The notes: a model not told the origin generated them from the sequence alone. Shown: positions 1 to 9,837, numbered from the stretch's first letter. The stretch is DNA of 64,000 nucleotides from an uncultured Acidobacteriota bacterium (GCA_963713825.1 CAVQNG010000003.1:553794-617793), one strand, 5' to 3'. Program-made: numbers and translations.

Positions 1-850
1 GAATCCCAGTCAAGTTGATCTGGTGGAAACGTGAGCGACCCCGCCGATCGACCTCCTCGATCTCGGCCTCCTCGAGGTCGTAGTCGGACTTCGCGAACCG
101 ATGCAGCTGCTCCAGAACCTGTGGGTCGTCTTTGGGTAGCAGGCGTTCCAGCGTGGCACCCACGAGCTGTGATGGTGACTCCAGTCCGACCATGAAGGAG
201 AGCGCACTGTTGCATTCCGCGAAGTGTCCGTGCTCGTAGAGAAATTCGACCTGCTCGGCCAGGGGCAACGAGACCGGCATCGGCTCGTCGAGCTCCAGGC
301 GCCAGATTCCCTCGGCGCTGTGAGCCAGGAAGTCGCGATAGCGCTCCTCGCTGGCCCTCAACGCGGCTTCCGAGGCTCGGACCTCGGTCACGTCCAAAGC
401 CACCCCTACCGTTCCTATGACCGATCCGTCATCGTCCCGCAGAGGCTCCACCAGAGAGTGGAAGCTCTGTCCGCCCCACTCCAACTCGAAGGCGAGAGAC
501 TCGCCTGCGATCGCTTGGCGGTGGGCCACAATGGCCGGAAACTCCTCGTCATCCGTGCCGAAGTACTCGAAGATCGTTTGGCCGACCGCCTGATCCGGCT
601 GCAACCCGAGGCCCACCAGGGCGGCGCCCCGGCTCGAGGTGAACTCCAATTGGGCATCGGTGGTCCAGACAACGGCTGGGAGCTGCTCGAGCATGACCCG
701 CAGCCGCGCCGCGTCGTGCTGAAGCGTCTGTTCGACCTCCAGCAGTCTGTCCCTCTCGCGGCGCAATCGACGGAACTGCGCGACTGCCCAACCGACGGCG
801 CCCAGGGCGAGAGCCAGGGAAAGAGCCGCCAAAGCGAAGGAGCCTGTCAA
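1..850 (-). CDS. Membrane-anchored multi-PAS sensor protein, partial; the 3' end lies beyond the window start
   Basis: A hand translation of the minus strand in the frame whose lowest codon positions are 2 mod 3 is open from the stop TAG at 920-922 down to position 1. It reads (M)TGSFALAALSLALALGAVGWAV (N-terminal transmembrane helix), AQFRRLRRERDRLLEVEQTL (coiled coil), then a PAS domain (LEQLPAVVWTTHAQLEFTSSRG ... GSVIGTVGVALDVTEV, a PAC-like motif), then a second PAS start (SEERYRDFLAHSAEGIWRLELDEP). The likely start is TTG at 850-848, five nt downstream of a GGAGG. The ORF track omits this gene because no stop falls inside the window. Confidence 0.7.
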   Translation of the reverse strand, partial: MTGSFALAALSLALALGAVGWAVAQFRRLRRERDRLLEVEQTLQHDAARLRVMLEQLPAVVWTTDAQLEFTSSRGAALVGLGLQPDQAVGQTIFEYFGTDDEEFPAIVAHRQAIAGESLAFELEWGGQSFHSLVEPLRDDDGSVIGTVGVALDVTEVRASEAALRASEERYRDFLAHSAEGIWRLELDEPMPVSLPLAEQVEFLYEHGHFAECNSALSFMVGLESPSQLVGATLERLLPKDDPQVLEQLHRFAKSDYDLEEAEIEEVDRRGRSRFHQINLTGI

Positions 851-924
851 CGATGCCTCCAGAATCTCGAGCGTTTCCCGATCACGGCGATTGAAACTAT
901 CAGCTGGGTCTCCGGTGCGCTATC

Positions 925-1638
925 TCAGCTCTCAATGCCCAAGGCTGCCAACTGAGCTCTCGCCTGACCCTGCCAATCGCGATTGGCCGCCGGGCTCGCC
1001 GGACTTGGATGGAGGATTCCCGCCACCCGCACGTCGAGGCCCTCGAGAGCGCGTCTAGCGCTCGCCTCCGCGAACCGGCCGACGCCGATGACCCATGTCG
1101 GGTCGAGCTCCTGAACGGAGAGCCGCAGCGCTTCGTCACAGGCTTTCAATAGGGGGGCTCGCTCTCTCGCGGGTAATCGATCCGGCGTCCGATTGCGGCC
1201 ACTGGACTCGAGGAACATCAGCGGACAGTAATTGGCGATGAAGAAGCGTTCGAAGAAGCGCTCCGGCGTCTCGAAGCGCTCTTTCGCCCATCCCCAGACT
1301 CGCCGACCACTCACCTCACTCCTCGAACAGGCCAGACCTTCTACCGGTCGTTTCGGGTGCTCGGAGTCGGGGCGACCCACGGAACTTTCGATCGCCAGCC
1401 AGTCCTTGACGAAAGAGATCTCCCCGAAGGGGACTCCCGTCTGTGCCATGCCCCACGGGCCCGGGTTCATCCCCACCAGGACGACTTCCTTCGGACCCTG
1501 CCCGAAGCGCCGCAGGTACTCCCGATGCGCCGGCCAGGCGTAGTCGAGCGGGTCGTAGACGTGAGTCACCGGTGCAGCGAACCGGAGTGGGCGCAAAGCC
1601 GCCGAGAGGTTCTTCGCAACAGCAGGTAGACCAGACAC
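925..1638 (-). CDS. SMUG1-family (family 3) uracil-DNA glycosylase
   Basis: Motifs GMNPGPWGMAQTGVPF and HPSPASPAANRDW match the SMUG1 signatures GMNPGP and HPSPRNPxANKGW. Length is 237 aa. Confidence 0.8.
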   Translation of the reverse strand: MSGLPAVAKNLSAALRPLRFAAPVTHVYDPLDYAWPAHREYLRRFGQGPKEVVLVGMNPGPWGMAQTGVPFGEISFVKDWLAIESSVGRPDSEHPKRPVEGLACSRSEVSGRRVWGWAKERFETPERFFERFFIANYCPLMFLESSGRNRTPDRLPARERAPLLKACDEALRLSVQELDPTWVIGVGRFAEASARRALEGLDVRVAGILHPSPASPAANRDWQGQARAQLAALGIES

Positions 1639-1654
1639 GCGGCGCCCTCTCCGA

Positions 1655-2194
1655 CTACCCGTGCGCGGTCACCATGTTGGCCAGGAGCTCTGCCGGATCG
1701 ACCCCCATGGCCAGAGCGACCTTTTCGAGCACATCGCCGAAGCGTTCCGGGTCGAGTACCACAAAGAGCCCGACCGCTTCGGCCAACGGCTCGCCACCCT
1801 CGTCGAGCAGCCTGCCACGAGTTGTCACCTTTCTACCGGTCGCCTCTTCGACCCACGCTTCCAGGAGGGCGTCCGTTCCCAGGGGAATCATTCTCGAGAA
1901 ATCGACCTCGAGATGTGCCGCCACCGAGGCGTAGCCACTCGACCAGGCTGCGACCCCCATGGCCTCATCGAGGACGGCAGCAATGCTGCCACCGTGCGCA
2001 TGGCTCGGTGGACCGGCCGCTCCCGGTCCAAACCAGGCCCGACCCACGACCGCACGATCGCCCCGTCGTTTGAAGTACTGGACCCGCAAGAGACCGCTCT
2101 TTGGCTTGCCGCTGACGAAGGACCTCTGTCCTCCTTCCAGAGCGAGAGCCACGAACGGCTCCCAATCGGGCTCCGCTACCACTTCGGGTGGCAT
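1655..2194 (-). CDS. PaaI/4HBT-family hotdog-fold thioesterase
   Basis: The core HGGSIAAVLDEAMG is typical of PaaI thioesterases. I placed the start at the internal Met (MPPEVV) to avoid overlapping the divergent downstream gene. Confidence 0.65.
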   Translation of the reverse strand: MPPEVVAEPDWEPFVALALEGGQRSFVSGKPKSGLLRVQYFKRRGDRAVVGRAWFGPGAAGPPSHAHGGSIAAVLDEAMGVAAWSSGYASVAAHLEVDFSRMIPLGTDALLEAWVEEATGRKVTTRGRLLDEGGEPLAEAVGLFVVLDPERFGDVLEKVALAMGVDPAELLANMVTAHG

Positions 2195-2268
2195 CTCGGA
2201 GAGGCCCACTTCACTCTTCGTACCGCGTCGATTTTCCACCGCTATAATCCCTGCAGGATATCGCCGAC

Positions 2269-4722
2269 ATGAGGCCATCTCCACCCCCCTCGCCCTCCCT
2301 GACTCAGGCCGAGCATTGGTTCAGAATCTTAGCTGAAACCATGCCGGTGGCCATCTTCGTCCACCGCGAGAAACTGCTCTATGTAAACCCGGCCGCCGAG
2401 GCGATGACCGGGTACTCGGCCCCCGAGTTGATGGACATGGGCTTGCACGATCTAGCCAAGCCTCTGTCCACCAGCGATAACGGGTCCACGGCACGCTCTC
2501 TTCCCGAAGACGAAGCAGAAATCTGGAAACTCCGCCGCAAGGACGGGCAGGAGCGCTGGATTCGGCTGACCTCCGGATACGTCGAGCTCGACTGGCAGCC
2601 AGCCACCCTGGTCACGGCCTTCGACGTGACCGTCCAGGAGCAGTCGGCCATCGCGCTCCACGACGTTCGGCAGCGGCTTGCATTTGCCCAACAGGCTGCC
2701 CGGTCGGTGACCTGGGAATGGGACCCCGACAACGACGCCCTGACAACGTCTGAGCTCATCGATCAGGTTTTTGGTTTGCCCCTGCACGACCAGATCACCA
2801 GTGGTCGCGGATTCCTGGAGCTCGTTCACCCGGAGGATCAACCGAGTCTGGAACAAGCGCTGCTGCGCCTGATCAAAGGCGAGGACGAGAACCTGTCTGT
2901 CGACATCCGCTGCCTGTCGCCTCGCGGCGAGATCCGTTGGCTGGCCGAGAGAGCGGTCGCGATGCGCCATCCGTCGGGTCGCGTGCAGCGGGTCATTGGC
3001 GTCGCGCACGACATTACCGAGCGAAAGATCGCTGAGAACGCCCTATTCCAGGAAAAGGAACGGGCCTTTGTCACGCTAGCCTCGATCGCCGATGGGGTCA
3101 TTCGGACCGATGCCCGGGGCATCATCGACTACCTCAACCCAGTCGCCCAGAAGCTCACGGGGTGGACCCTCGAGGAGGCGTACGGCCAAGAGGCCGAGGC
3201 GGTCTATCGAGTGGTCGACGAGGCGACCGGTAAGAAGGTCCTCGACCCGGTCCACCACTGCCTGGAAGAGCGCCGGGAGGTCGCCTTCCTCGGCCAACGT
3301 CTCCTGGTCCGCAGGGATGGAAGCACGTTTCCCATCCATGACTCGGCCGCACCGATTCGCAACCAGGAAGGCAAGGTCATCGGCTCGATCCTGGTCTTCA
3401 AAGACCTGACCCAGGTGCGTCGCGTGGAAGACGAAATGGAGCACCTGGCCAGCCACGACCCGCTGACCGGCCTGATCAATCGTCGCGAGTTCGAGCGCCA
3501 GCTCCGTCAGACCTTGCAGGCTCGCGACGGACTGGGTGGCAGACACGCACTGTGTCAGCTGGATCTCGACGCGTTCAAGTTGGTGAACGAGACCTGTGGC
3601 CACACCGCGGGGGACCAGTTGATCCGGAAAATCGCCTCGGTCATCGAGGACCGGGTCCGACAACAGGACGTCCTGGCGCGCCTCGGTGGCGACGAGTTCG
3701 GCATCCTCTTTCGAGACTGTCCCTCGGAGGAAGCTGAGAAGCGCGCCAAGGAGATCGGCGAAGCCATACACAGCTTTCGCTTCCATTGGGGCGGCCGCAC
3801 CTTCACCAACCGGGTCAGCGGCGGTTTGGCACCGCTTTCCACCTCACACTCCGGGGCGGACGCGCTGCTGAGTGCCGCCGATGCTGCCTGTTTCGTGGCT
3901 AAAGACAAAGGCGGTGGAACCATCCACATCTATCAGCCTGGCGACCGCGAGATTGCCGAACGGTATGGCGAGATGCAGTGGATCTCACGCCTCCAAAAGG
4001 CCCTCGACGAGGACCGCTTCAGGCTCTATCACCAGATCATCAAACCGCTTGGCGCGAGCAATAGCGAACCGCCCTTGAGCGAGCTCTTCATTCGATTGAT
4101 CGACGAGGAGGGCAAGCTCGTCTATCCGGGATCTTTCATCCCTGCAGCCGAGCGGTACGGGTTGATTCCAACAATCGACCGCTGGGTCCTGCGCACCGCT
4201 CTGCATCTGCTGGCGGACGGCGGCAAAACCGTCATCGCTGACAACAGCCGCTTTGCCATCAACCTCTCGGGTCTCAGCCTCGGTGCCGAAGGCTTTCTCG
4301 ACTTCGTCGTCGATGAGCTCGACAAGACCAGGATTCCACCCGACCGGGTCTTCTTCGAAATCACGGAGACCTCCGCCATCGCCAATCTGCCAACGGCCAT
4401 GCGCTTCATCTCGGTGTTGAAGGGCATGGGTTGCCGCTTCGTACTGGACGATTTCGGGCAGGGCTTAAGCTCGTTCGGCTATCTGAAGAATCTCCCCCTG
4501 GACTTCCTCAAGATCGACGGCGGCTTCGTGAGAGAAATGGTCGCCGACCCGATCCAGGCGGCGCTCGTGGCTTCGATCCACGAGATTGGCGAAGTGATGG
4601 GCCTTGGCACCATTGCCGAGTCGGTCGAAGACGAAGCTACACTCGAGGCGCTGCGCCAGATCGGAGTCGATTACGTTCAGGGGTACCTTTTCCAGCGGCC
4701 ACGGCCGCTGAGCAAAAGCTAG
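2269..4722 (+). CDS. Multi-PAS/PAC GGDEF-EAL protein (diguanylate cyclase / c-di-GMP phosphodiesterase)
   Basis: Three PAS/PAC units are followed by a GGDEF domain (SHDPLTGLINRREF ... RLGGDEFGILF) and an EAL domain (ELFIRL ... DDFGQGLSSFGYLKNLPLDFLKIDGGFV). Confidence 0.9.
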   Translation: MRPSPPPSPSLTQAEHWFRILAETMPVAIFVHREKLLYVNPAAEAMTGYSAPELMDMGLHDLAKPLSTSDNGSTARSLPEDEAEIWKLRRKDGQERWIRLTSGYVELDWQPATLVTAFDVTVQEQSAIALHDVRQRLAFAQQAARSVTWEWDPDNDALTTSELIDQVFGLPLHDQITSGRGFLELVHPEDQPSLEQALLRLIKGEDENLSVDIRCLSPRGEIRWLAERAVAMRHPSGRVQRVIGVAHDITERKIAENALFQEKERAFVTLASIADGVIRTDARGIIDYLNPVAQKLTGWTLEEAYGQEAEAVYRVVDEATGKKVLDPVHHCLEERREVAFLGQRLLVRRDGSTFPIHDSAAPIRNQEGKVIGSILVFKDLTQVRRVEDEMEHLASHDPLTGLINRREFERQLRQTLQARDGLGGRHALCQLDLDAFKLVNETCGHTAGDQLIRKIASVIEDRVRQQDVLARLGGDEFGILFRDCPSEEAEKRAKEIGEAIHSFRFHWGGRTFTNRVSGGLAPLSTSHSGADALLSAADAACFVAKDKGGGTIHIYQPGDREIAERYGEMQWISRLQKALDEDRFRLYHQIIKPLGASNSEPPLSELFIRLIDEEGKLVYPGSFIPAAERYGLIPTIDRWVLRTALHLLADGGKTVIADNSRFAINLSGLSLGAEGFLDFVVDELDKTRIPPDRVFFEITETSAIANLPTAMRFISVLKGMGCRFVLDDFGQGLSSFGYLKNLPLDFLKIDGGFVREMVADPIQAALVASIHEIGEVMGLGTIAESVEDEATLEALRQIGVDYVQGYLFQRPRPLSKS

Positions 4723-4870
4723 TGACTCTCGAGCCGACCGACACCCCTGTACCTCGGCCCAGCAGAGGTCTGACCTGCAGTCTTGCTGATATATTGAAAG
4801 TCTCCGAAACGGCGGCCGGTTCGGGCCCCGTGAGCCCGAAGTCCGACCAATAGAAGAAAGGCCAAATCCG

Positions 4871-6718
4871 ATGAGATTTACCTCGCCCCAAAAAGCTCCG
4901 CCTACCTCGAACCCGAAATTGCTGGCCTGGGTCGAGAGAGTCATCGACCTCTGCAACCCGGGCAAGGTCTGGTGGTGTGATGGATCGACCGAGGAGTATG
5001 ACGAGTTGGCCCAGATCATGACCGAGACTGGAACGGCTCGATGGCTGGACCAGGAGTTGCGTCCCAATTCGCTCTATGTGCGCTCAGATCCGGCCGATGT
5101 GGCCCGCGTCGAAGACCGCACATTCATCTGTTCCCAGCGTCATGAGGATGCTGGACCGACGAACAACTGGGGTGATCCTGCGGAGATGAAGGCCCACCTG
5201 CGAGGCCTCTACGACAGCTGTATGGAAGGCAGGACGATGTTTGTCATTCCCTACTCCATGGGCCCCATCGGCAGCCCCATCGCCAGAATCGGCATCGTCA
5301 TTACCGACTCGCCCTACGTCGTCTGCAACATGCACATCATGGCTCGTGTGGGCACGAAGGTCCTGGAGGCACTCGGCGACGGTGAAGACTTCGTTCGCGG
5401 GATCCACTCGGTGGGATACCCCTTGGACAGCCAGAAGAAGCCCGATCAGCCCTGGCCCTGTAACGCCGACAACAAATACATCTGCCACTTTCCCGAGACC
5501 CGGGAGATCTGGTCCTACGGCTCCGGCTACGGCGGCAACGCTCTGCTCGGCAAGAAGTGCCACGCGCTGCGCATCGCCTCGGTCCAAGCGCGCGATGAAG
5601 GTTGGCTGGCCGAGCACATGCTGATTCTCAAGCTCACCAACCCGCAAGGGCAATCCAAGTTCGTCGCGGCGGCCTTCCCATCAGCCTGCGGCAAGACCAA
5701 TCTCGCGATGATGAATCCCACGCTGCCGGGCTGGAAAGTGGAGACCGTGGGCGACGACATCGCCTGGATGAAGTTCGGTGACGACGGCCGGCTCTACGCC
5801 ATCAATCCCGAGGCCGGCTTCTTCGGTGTAGCACCCGGCACCAGCATGCACTCGAACCCGAATGCCATGCTGTCGCTGGCCAAGAACAGCATCTTCACCA
5901 ACTGCGCCCTGACTCGGGAAGGTGACGTCTATTGGGAGGACATGCTAGACGAGAAGCCTGCCTTCCTCGTCGACTGGCTGCGCCGCCCATGGACATCGGA
6001 AAGCAAGCGGTCGGCCGCCCATCCCAACGCCCGTTTCACCGCTCCGGCCAGTCAGTGCCCAGTCATCGCGGACGAGTGGGAGGATCCGGCCGGAGTGCCG
6101 ATCGACGCCATTCTCTTCGGTGGACGCCGGGCAAAGGTCGTGCCACTGGTGACCGAGGCCTTGGGTTGGGAGCACGGCACCTTCCTGGGATCGATCATGG
6201 CGTCGGAAAAGACAGCCGCCGCCTCGGGCAGAGTTGGCGTCGTACGCCGAGATCCCATGGCCATGCTGCCGTTCTGCGGCTACCACATGGGTGACTACTT
6301 CGCCCACTGGCTCGAAGTCGGAGCCAAAGGGGGTGCCGAAGGCAAGAGTGAATGGGGATCGATGCCGCGGATCTTCTACGTCAACTGGTTCCGCAAGGAT
6401 GAGGACGGCAACTTCCTGTGGCCCGGCTTCGGTGAGAACAGTCGCGTTCTCAAGTGGGTCTTCGAGCGCTGCAACGACGAGGGCGATGTCCAGGAGAGCT
6501 TCATCGGCCTCCATCCGACCGCCGGTGGTCTGGACCTGGAAGGTCTCGACATCTCACAGGAGGACCTCGATCAGCTACTCGCAGTCGATGCCGAAGACTG
6601 GCGGCGAGAGGTCACGCTGCTGCACGACCACTACTTCCAGTTCGGTGATCACCTGCCGAAGGCCCTCGCCGATCAGCTGGCCGAGCTCGAGAGCGTGCTC
6701 AAGGCGATGACGGACTGA
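4871..6718 (+). CDS. pckG: Phosphoenolpyruvate carboxykinase (GTP)
   Basis: 615 aa. The kinase-1a motif [13 protein letters not shown] is present and the architecture is that of GTP-dependent PEPCK. Confidence 0.92.
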   Translation: MRFTSPQKAPPTSNPKLLAWVERVIDLCNPGKVWWCDGSTEEYDELAQIMTETGTARWLDQELRPNSLYVRSDPADVARVEDRTFICSQRHEDAGPTNNWGDPAEMKAHLRGLYDSCMEGRTMFVIPYSMGPIGSPIARIGIVITDSPYVVCNMHIMARVGTKVLEALGDGEDFVRGIHSVGYPLDSQKKPDQPWPCNADNKYICHFPETREIWSYGSGYGGNALLGKKCHALRIASVQARDEGWLAEHMLILKLTNPQGQSKFVAAAFPSACGKTNLAMMNPTLPGWKVETVGDDIAWMKFGDDGRLYAINPEAGFFGVAPGTSMHSNPNAMLSLAKNSIFTNCALTREGDVYWEDMLDEKPAFLVDWLRRPWTSESKRSAAHPNARFTAPASQCPVIADEWEDPAGVPIDAILFGGRRAKVVPLVTEALGWEHGTFLGSIMASEKTAAASGRVGVVRRDPMAMLPFCGYHMGDYFAHWLEVGAKGGAEGKSEWGSMPRIFYVNWFRKDEDGNFLWPGFGENSRVLKWVFERCNDEGDVQESFIGLHPTAGGLDLEGLDISQEDLDQLLAVDAEDWRREVTLLHDHYFQFGDHLPKALADQLAELESVLKAMTD

Positions 6719-6797
6719 CTCGACGTGGCCTGGCCTCCAGGTCACTTGTGAATCAACGAACGACCCAATTGCGATACGTTGAGCGAGGAGAACCAAC

Positions 6798-8426
6798 GTG
6801 GACATCGAAGGTAGCAAGGTACTCGTCCTGGGCGGCTATGGCCTGGTGGGGATGGCGGTCTGCCGGGAGTTGTTGGAGCACAAGCCGCGAGAGATCCAGA
6901 TCCACAGCCTGCGGCAGGAAGAATCGGCAGAGGCTCGTGAGCTGCTGACGCCGTTTGCGGAAGGCGTCAAGCTCTCGATCTCGAGTGGCGACATCTTCGG
7001 ACTTGCCGAAGAAGCCTCCAGAATAGAGCGCATCGCGGCTCAGCTGAGCCCCCTTCGCGACTCGGATTGGGGAAGGTTCCTGCTGTACCGGTTGCTGGTC
7101 GATGGCAAGCCGGACATCGTGATCGATTCCGTCAACACCGCGACTGGCATCGCTTACAGGGACGTCTATTCGGCCTCGGCAAAGGTGCTGAAAAGCCTGG
7201 AAGCCGGCAGCTCGCAGTGCGATCAGGTCGAGGATCTGCTCGAAGCCCTCTATGTGCCGCGACTGATCCGCCACATGCAGCTCCTGTATGGAGGCATGAT
7301 CGACGCCGGTACTCGTGCCTATTTCAAGGTGGGGACCAGCGGCACGGGTGGCATGGGCCTCAATGTTCCCTACACCCATTCCGAAGAGAAGCCGAGCCGT
7401 GTTCTGCTCTCCAAGAGCGCCATGGCGGGAGCCCAGTCCATGTTGCTGTTTCTCATGGCCCGCACGCCGGGAGCTCCCATCACCAAGGAGATCAAGCCGG
7501 CGGCCGCTATCGCCTGGAAGAAGATCGACCACGGGCCCATCTACCGTGGACGAAAGCCCATCTACATCATGGAGGCCACCCCCCAGACCCTGGGCGAAAC
7601 CTTCTCAACCAACGATCCGACGGCAGCCAAGGCCACCGAGAGCATTCTCGAGACGGCCTACATCGATACCGGTGAGAACGGCATCTTCAGCGTCGAGGAG
7701 TTCGCGATGCTCACCACGTCTCGACAGATGGAGTTCGTGACGCCCGAAGAGATCGCTCAGTACCTCATCTTCGAGATCGGCGGGGGCAACACGGGGCACG
7801 ACGTCATCAACGCACTGGACAACGCGGTACTGGGTCCCACCTATCGGGCCGGTCTCATGCGCCATTGGGCTCTGGAACGAATGATGGAGTTCGAAGCGCA
7901 GGGCAAAACCAAGAGCGTCGCTTTCGAGATGCTGGGGCCGCCACGCAACACCAAGCTGCTCTTCGAGGCTCACCTCCTCCGAGAGGCGTTCGTCACGATG
8001 ACGGCTGTTCGCGAAGCGACCCCGGACGAAGTTGTCGAGAAGATAGAAACGATGCTTCGGGAAGAGCCGCGGCTTGCCAACGAAGTGGTCTCGGTTGGTA
8101 TTCCCATCCTCTTGTCTTCAGGCGAGATCCTGCGGGGCCAGGAGGTCATCGTGCCAGCCGAGGCGGACCACGAGCCGATCACCCCCGAGAAGCTGGAAGC
8201 CTGGGTGCACGACGGGTGGGTCGACTTGCGGCGCGAGAACTGCGCCAGTTGGATCGATCGGATGCAGCGTATCCACGACGACACGGCGGCCATTCCCAAG
8301 GACGACACCTCGAGTCGCCATTTGCGGAATGTCAGGTTCTGGGACGAGGAGAAGAGGATTCAGCCCGGCAAGATCCTGGGGTGGATTCTCTCAGTCGAGG
8401 AGCACGGCGCCCGCTTCAAGCACTGA
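6798..8426 (+). CDS. NAD(P)-binding Rossmann-fold protein of unknown function (542 aa)
   Basis: The N-terminus KVLVLGGYGLVGMAVCREL is a glycine-rich dinucleotide-binding motif. A conserved GTSGTGGMGLNVP block follows and there is a long C-terminal extension. I do not recognise a family. Confidence 0.6.
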   Translation: MDIEGSKVLVLGGYGLVGMAVCRELLEHKPREIQIHSLRQEESAEARELLTPFAEGVKLSISSGDIFGLAEEASRIERIAAQLSPLRDSDWGRFLLYRLLVDGKPDIVIDSVNTATGIAYRDVYSASAKVLKSLEAGSSQCDQVEDLLEALYVPRLIRHMQLLYGGMIDAGTRAYFKVGTSGTGGMGLNVPYTHSEEKPSRVLLSKSAMAGAQSMLLFLMARTPGAPITKEIKPAAAIAWKKIDHGPIYRGRKPIYIMEATPQTLGETFSTNDPTAAKATESILETAYIDTGENGIFSVEEFAMLTTSRQMEFVTPEEIAQYLIFEIGGGNTGHDVINALDNAVLGPTYRAGLMRHWALERMMEFEAQGKTKSVAFEMLGPPRNTKLLFEAHLLREAFVTMTAVREATPDEVVEKIETMLREEPRLANEVVSVGIPILLSSGEILRGQEVIVPAEADHEPITPEKLEAWVHDGWVDLRRENCASWIDRMQRIHDDTAAIPKDDTSSRHLRNVRFWDEEKRIQPGKILGWILSVEEHGARFKH

Positions 8427-8439
8427 TCCCACCCGCCCT

Positions 8440-8600
8440 CCCGAGGGTTGAGGCGGCCGGGCGTACCTTCCGGCCGATCTTTGAGGGCCTGGGGGTTGAA
8501 GCGGCTGGACTTTGTCCGTCCGGTCTCTGGGGCAGTGGGGCGCAGGTGGTGTTGGGCCCGGCCTCCCCTAAGCCCTTAAGCCCTTACCCCCCTCCCGAAA
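8440..8600. repeat. GC-rich mosaic hairpin repeat locus (REP/BIME-like family)
   Basis: Contains gggttgaggcggccgg-N8-ccggccgatctttgagggcctgggggttgaag, which is the reverse-complement orientation of the unit at 33180-33245. It also carries the cccctaagcccttaagccc motif. The locus lies between convergent genes. Confidence 0.75.
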
Positions 8601-9692
8601 GTCGCTGAGGCGGACGGGTAGCCGGCGTGCACCCCAATCCCCCGGGCTGCCATCGAAGCGTCCCGCACATGGCGTGCCACAGGCGCGGCAACTGCCGTCT
8701 GCCGTCAGTCGCCAATCGTTCAAGACATACCAGTCACGACCGATGAGCCTCTCGCCACACTCGTGGCAATAGGTACTGCCGCCTTCGTGGTCGTGAACGT
8801 TGCCGGTGTAGACATAGCGAACACCGTTGCCCATCGCGATGCGTCGAGCTCCGCTCAGCGTCTGATGCGGCGTCGGCGCGCGGTCCATCATCTTCCAGTC
8901 GGGGTGAAAAGCGGTGAAATGCATCGGCACGTCTCGGCCCAGTTTGTCCACCACCCAGCGCGACATCGCGTCGATCTCTTCGGGTGAGTCGTTTTCGCCT
9001 GGGATCAGCAGCGTGGTGATCTCGAACCAGACATCCGTTTCGTGCTGCAAGTAGACCAGGGTTTCGAGGACAGGCTGTAGGTGTGAGCCGCAGATCTCCC
9101 GATAGAACGATTCGGTGAAGGCCTTGAGGTCGACATTGGCGGCATCCATGTGGCGGTAGAACTCCTCGCGCGGCTCGGCACAGACCTCTCCTGCCGTTAC
9201 CGCCACGGCCTGGATGTCGAGCTCATGACAGGCCTGGGCAACATCGATCGCGTACTCGTGGAAGATGACCGGGTCGTTGTAGGTGAAGGCGACGCTGCGG
9301 CAGCCCAGTTCTCTTGCTGCTCGGGCGATGGTCTCCGGAGCTGCCTGATCGGCCAGGGTGTCGAACTGCCGGGACTTGGAGATGTCCCAGTTCTGGCAGA
9401 AACGGCAGGCCAAGTTGCAGCCCGCCGTTCCGAACGACAGCACCGGGGTGCCCGGAAAGAAGTGGTTCAGGGGCTTCTTCTCGATGGGATCCACACAGAA
9501 GCCACTCGAGCGACCGTAGGTAGTGAGAACCACCTCTCCGTCCAGGCAGCCACGTACGAAGCACAGCCCACGCTGTCCCTCACGGAGCTTGCAGAAACGG
9601 GGGCACAGATCGCACTGCACCCGGCCATCTTCGAGCTCATGCCAATAGCGAGTCGAAACGACGCTGGCGTCACGAGTGATGGGTACGTCCAT
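8568..9692 (-). CDS. AmmeMemoRadiSam-system-type radical SAM enzyme (PFL-activase-like)
   Basis: The N-terminal zinc ribbon CDLCPRFC and the CNLACRFCQNW cluster (CX3CX2C) match the TIGR04337-like pattern VxCxLCPxxCxLxEGxxGxCxVR. Length is 374 aa. Confidence 0.8.
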   Translation of the reverse strand: MDVPITRDASVVSTRYWHELEDGRVQCDLCPRFCKLREGQRGLCFVRGCLDGEVVLTTYGRSSGFCVDPIEKKPLNHFFPGTPVLSFGTAGCNLACRFCQNWDISKSRQFDTLADQAAPETIARAARELGCRSVAFTYNDPVIFHEYAIDVAQACHELDIQAVAVTAGEVCAEPREEFYRHMDAANVDLKAFTESFYREICGSHLQPVLETLVYLQHETDVWFEITTLLIPGENDSPEEIDAMSRWVVDKLGRDVPMHFTAFHPDWKMMDRAPTPHQTLSGARRIAMGNGVRYVYTGNVHDHEGGSTYCHECGERLIGRDWYVLNDWRLTADGSCRACGTPCAGRFDGSPGDWGARRLPVRLSDFREGGKGLRA

Positions 9693-9837
9693 GCCTGAGG
9701 CTTCCTCTCAATGCAACCAACCAAGACTGCACCGAATTCCAGTCAATGACGTACTTTCGGAGGTCCGTTGCGGGGCGTAGGAGCGTGAGGGATGGGCCCC
9801 CCACTGCTCAGAGAATCAGCCGCCGGAGTCGGAGGCT

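Noticed and set aside
224-955. 243-aa plus-strand ORF from the track
   Set aside because: It is entirely antisense to a minus-strand PAS sensor gene with unmistakable PAS/PAC motifs, and its own product has no recognisable features. It is open only because of GC3 skew.
6753-7532. 259-aa minus-strand ORF
   Set aside because: Antisense to the Rossmann-fold gene.
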